From NCBI GenBank assembly GCA_010909165.1, contig VJWM01000196.1, forward strand, positions 1-64,000: 64,000 nt of DNA. The letters run 5' to 3'. Below the pieces are notes generated by a model. It searched no databases and was not told the origin of the DNA. It saw only the letters and a list, made by a program, of their open reading frames with translations. Below are positions 63,092 through 64,000 of this stretch, in pieces. The position numbers and the translations under genes were made by a program. The stretch comes from Anthoceros angustus. Lineage: Eukaryota > Plantae > Anthocerotophyta. Within the stretch, counting starts at the first letter, position 1; each line of letters starts with the position of its first letter.

Positions 63092-64000
63092 CTATGTTGG
63101 GCTAGGATTTTACCGGAGAAAGATGTCGAATGATGATGACGATGATGAGGTTCTAGGTTTAGACAAGCATCTCTTCACATGTGTGAATTAGTTACACAAC
63201 ATGGTGCCAACGAAGTACATCTCTCTATTCCAAGATTCAGGTTGGCGGGTAAATGAACTAAGCAACGTATGATTTTGGCGCTTTTTGTTGAGCAAGTATG
63301 CATATTCGGATGCTTTAAGGTAGAAAAGATTGATGAGGATGAAACCTGCTAAGTTTCTTCATGTGGCTATGGCTATTGGAGATGCGTTGTATGCAAGAGA
63401 TAGTTTTGAGCCACAGTTCCTAAGGTTCAAGGAGCTCGTAGCCCCATGCCGTGAGACCACCCATCATCCGCCCACCATGGCACAGGAGAAATTTGAATGA
63501 GATAAAGCGGGCTGATGTTCAAAATATAACGTGTACATTGTAAAATTATGTATTTTAACCTCACAGTCCATCGAACCTTGGGTTTTTTCTTGTAGATTCA
63601 GTTGGGAAGTCGAACTGATTCAAATTGAAATCTAATCATTACTTGCTTAGTCAACAGACTTAAAACCACGTTGGATCTTGTCCGGTAGTGGTTTGATTTT
63701 GGTCTATGTTGGGCTAGGATTTTACCGGAGAAAGATGTCGAATGATGATGACGATGATGAGGTTCTAGGTTTAGACAAGCATCTCTTCACATGTGTGAAT
63801 TAGTTACAACATGGTGCCAACAAGTACATCTCTATTCCAAGATTCAGTTGGGGTAAATGAACTAAGCAACGTATGATTTTGGCGCTTTTTGTTGAGCAAG
63901 TATGCATATTCGGATGCTTTAAGGTAGAAAAGATTGATGAGGATGAAACCTGCTAAGTTTCTTCATGTGGCTATGGCTATTGGAGATGCGTTGTCGCAAG
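63092..64000. repeat. ~300-bp direct repeat (63092-63398 and 63704-64000; second copy runs to the window end)
   Basis: CTATGTTGGGCTAGGATTTTACCGGAG...GGAGATGCGTTGT occurs twice. Differences are mostly 1-2 nt deletions. Confidence 0.9.

Overview
Eukaryotic nuclear DNA from a green plant, probably a non-seed streptophyte (inferred from a nuclear-encoded plastid RPS6, short GT-AG introns and CRE-like LINEs). A clean gene island at ~4.6-10.1 kb holds a SEC14/CRAL-TRIO gene, EBP1/PA2G4, and plastid ribosomal protein S6 head-to-head with EBP1. The other ~55 kb is nested, frameshifted transposon DNA: Copia, Gypsy, CRE-like and L1 LINEs, hAT, a probable PIF/Harbinger remnant, and an unclassified 4-5 kb repeat family ('family X'). 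The most notable object is a Ty3/Gypsy LTR retrotransposon at ~17.1-27.9 kb. It encodes a DNMT3-like C5-cytosine methyltransferase just upstream of RT and a PHD finger at the integrase C-terminus, so it carries both a chromatin writer and a candidate reader. A full-length Copia with non-canonical TA...TA LTR ends and a GTTCA target-site duplication splits its RT. Single-base deletions are pervasive in the repeats but absent from the genes, so many frameshifts may be consensus errors. All domain calls come from manual translation and motif recognition with no database search, and TE boundaries are approximate unless anchored by an LTR, PBS or TSD.
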